A stretch of 41,211 nucleotides of DNA from an archaeon (lineage in GTDB: Archaea > Aenigmatarchaeota > Aenigmatarchaeia > GW2011-AR5), in assembly GCA_035289125.1 (NCBI GenBank), contig DATDXW010000064.1, positions 1 through 41,211 on the forward strand. The letters are read 5' to 3'. The position numbers were made by a program, and so were the translations under genes. Numbering within the stretch: position 1 is the first letter of the stretch; each line of letters opens with the position of its first letter. Of this stretch, positions 39,526 to 41,211 are shown in pieces. The notes below the pieces were generated by a model. That model made no database searches. It had not been told where the DNA came from and worked only from the letters and a program-made list of their open reading frames with translations.

Positions 39526-39828
39526 TTATTTCACCGGGTCGTACCCGCTACCTGCGCCGTTACAGCGAAGGATGCGGAACGCGCCCAGCATGAAGCCCAC
39601 GAAGGGCCCCCTCTTCCTTATCGCCTTTTTTGCGTAAGAAGAGCATGACGGAGTAAACGGGCACAGCTTTCGCACGCCCATCTCTTTTTTGATAACCGGA
39701 TTGATATGCCTTTTGTAATAATTTATATTATCCAGAAGGAAGCCTTCTTTTGCGGGGACGCTGCGGATATTTCCAGCCCATTTACACAGCGCCCGGAAAA
39801 GACCGGCATCACAACACTGCCCTTTCAT
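39526..39828 (-). CDS. yidD: YidD-family membrane protein insertion efficiency factor-like protein
   Basis: CPFTPSCSSYAKKAIRKRGPFVGFMLGAFRILRCNGAGSGYDPV matches the YidD signature (CRFxPTCSxY...R.xRC.P...GG.DPV). Confidence 0.85.
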   Translation of the reverse strand: MKGQCCDAGLFRALCKWAGNIRSVPAKEGFLLDNINYYKRHINPVIKKEMGVRKLCPFTPSCSSYAKKAIRKRGPFVGFMLGAFRILRCNGAGSGYDPVK

Positions 39829-40115
39829 TTGCCCTTGCTCCTCAGCTTTGAAAACTTACGCAGCACTTCCTCGAAGCGCTCAGCTAACTCTTCGCCATCT
39901 TTTGTGAGCTTCACATACTTCGTCCTGCCGGACTTGTCAAAACTAACAAGGCCCATTTCCCGGAATATTTCCAGAAGCTTTACAGTATGAGAATACGTGC
40001 AGTCTGTTTCTTTCGCAAGGATAGAAACGTACTTCGCATCGCCCATCTTCACGCTTATCAGAAGCTTCACGGGCTTCTTCCGCAGGAAAAGATACTCCAG
40101 CTCTTTAGTCATCAT
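39825..40115 (-). CDS. winged-helix (ArsR/MarR-like) transcriptional regulator
   Basis: ...AKYVSILAKETDCTYSHTVKLLEIFREMGLVSFDKSGRTKYVKLTKDGEELAERF.... ATGA overlap with yidD. Confidence 0.72.
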   Translation of the reverse strand: MMTKELEYLFLRKKPVKLLISVKMGDAKYVSILAKETDCTYSHTVKLLEIFREMGLVSFDKSGRTKYVKLTKDGEELAERFEEVLRKFSKLRSKGK

Positions 40116-40255
40116 TTTGAATTATGCGAATCCCTGCTTAAATAGATGACATATAGCCCGCATCATATAGCATCGGACATAAATATATAAAAATATTACG
40201 ATGCCCGTGCTGTATCTCGGATGCCATGCAGCTTTTTATCTCCCCACGTGTAAAA

Positions 40256-40474
40256 ATGCTCATGGAACTGACGCTCCAGCCTATAAGGCGGCTTATTTTC
40301 CGCGCCGGCGCGAAACGCGTTTCGGATAGCGGCGCAAGAAAACTGGCGGAACTCATGGAAGCGCGCGCGGCGAGAATCGCCGAGGAGTCGTGGAAGCTCG
40401 CGAAGCATGCTGGACGAACAACGGTCATGAAAAAAGACGTGCGGATGGCGGCGAAGCTCGGAAACAAGGAATAA
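40256..40474 (+). CDS. archaeal histone (HMf/CBF-NFY fold)
   Basis: ELTLQPIRRLIFRAGAKRVSDSGARKLAELMEARAARIAEESWKLAKHAGRTTVMKKDVRMAAKL. Possible starts at 40226, 40256 or 40262. A/T-rich TATA-like region at about 40181-40195. Confidence 0.9.
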   Translation: MLMELTLQPIRRLIFRAGAKRVSDSGARKLAELMEARAARIAEESWKLAKHAGRTTVMKKDVRMAAKLGNKE

Positions 40475-40480
40475 ACCGAT

Positions 40481-41047
40481 TTACTTTCGCATAGCTCTTC
40501 CTTTCCGCAACGCCACTTCGGGCAAAACGAATCCTGCCTCCTTGAAAGCACCATACGTCATGCCAAGATATTTGGGGCCGTAACCCCTGTAGCCGTCTTC
40601 CAACAAATATTCCCTACTCTGCGCATCGGCAAAAAGCTCCTGAACGCCGCCTACGGTGTGTGGTTTCTCGCGCGAAGTTAATAATCCGCCCAATCTGGAA
40701 GCAGCGGCAAGCCCTCCCGTCCCCTTCCATGGCAAATAAGCTATACTCGTATCTGGGCCTAGTGGCGACGGTTTCTGATAATGTCTCATCAATTTGTCAA
40801 TGGCTTTAGATTCTAATTGGGAGACTCTTTTTTCGCTAACACCTAATTCGTGGGCGATTTCGCCTCTGGGTTTTGGTAAGCCGAGTGCTGCTTTAAGAAT
40901 CGTATAGTCTCTCGGAGTTATAACCGCTTCGGTATAAGCCTGCCGAAGTGCCCTCCTAAATTTTCTGTTGTCTTCTGACGTTCTATTATCTTCCAAAGCA
41001 TCTAATAATCTGCCAAATAGAATGTTACTGGGACGGTTGCCAGACAT
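40481..41047 (-). CDS. protein with a sigma-70 region-4-like HTH and a C-terminal helix-hairpin-helix-like segment
   Basis: ITPRDYTILKAALGLPKPRGEIAHELGVSEKRVSQLESKAIDKLMRH resembles sigma-70 region 4.2 / LuxR-type HTH. The C-terminal TVGGVQELF...GYRGYGPKYLGMTYGAFKEAGFVLPE resembles an RpoA-CTD-type HhH. Confidence 0.65.
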   Translation of the reverse strand: MSGNRPSNILFGRLLDALEDNRTSEDNRKFRRALRQAYTEAVITPRDYTILKAALGLPKPRGEIAHELGVSEKRVSQLESKAIDKLMRHYQKPSPLGPDTSIAYLPWKGTGGLAAASRLGGLLTSREKPHTVGGVQELFADAQSREYLLEDGYRGYGPKYLGMTYGAFKEAGFVLPEVALRKGRAMRK

Positions 41048-41083
41048 TTTCTTTTTTATGGCAAAAGCCTATTTAAACGCCGT

Positions 41084-41211
41084 TCAATCCCGTATTCCCA
41101 CTTCGGTCACGGAGAAAACGGCTTCGCCTTCCGGAAGATTCGGCGAGTCTATCATCCGCGCGACGCGCTTGCCCTGCTTGCCTTTGCGCAAATAGAGGCG
41201 ATACGTGGAAG
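41084..41211 (-). CDS. 3' end of an unidentified gene entering from the window end
   Basis: The minus frame is open from 41211 to TGA at 41084-41086 (…[41 protein letters not shown]). Confidence 0.4.
   Translation of the reverse strand, partial: STYRLYLRKGKQGKRVARMIDSPNLPEGEAVFSVTEVGIRD

Overview
Archaeal chromosomal segment made up mostly of housekeeping information-processing genes. Core content: five aminoacyl-tRNA synthetase genes (glyS, pheS, pheT, leuS, alaS) and a YbaK-type deacylase; the secE-spt5-rpl11 and rpl1-P0-P1 clusters; ftsZ, a MinD-like ATPase, archaeal GAPDH, carAB, an aspartokinase-like gene, an FKBP isomerase and an archaeal histone. There are four tRNA genes: Asn-GTT, Phe-GAA, Arg-TCT with an intron, and Gln-CTG. 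The archaeal assignment is an inference from gene content (archaeal PheRS beta, Spt5, P0/P1, histone, EndA, a tRNA intron at position 37/38). Bacterial-type genes (yidD, a sigma-70 region-4-like protein) and many very small genes fit a small-genome archaeon, but the lineage cannot be fixed from sequence alone. Visibly AT-richer insertions interrupt the core at 207-608, 3879-4544, 6792-7754 and about 22.96-25.3 kb. Most unusual content: (1) two families of modular, structured intergenic repeats shared by at least five intergenic regions, all next to tRNA or translation genes (about 780-1470, 13784-13825, 19291-19594, 20969-21105, 25371-25545). (2) A cassette-like accessory block (22.96-25.3 kb) in which AT-rich genes (HIT-like, RelE-like toxin with antitoxin, unknown) are separated by GC-rich copies of one boundary motif, with perfect or near-perfect inverted copies bracketing two cassettes. 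(3) Three interrupted genes: endA with an in-frame TAA, the antitoxin with an in-frame TAA, and one gene frameshifted at a homopolymer. (4) Unusual architectures: a four-CBS protein with an HPF/RaiA-like tail, an HIT-like protein with H-x-K-x-H, and a sigma region-4 plus HhH protein. I recognised no CRISPR array, rRNA gene, transposase or integrase. All functional calls come from by-eye motif recognition and need profile searches.
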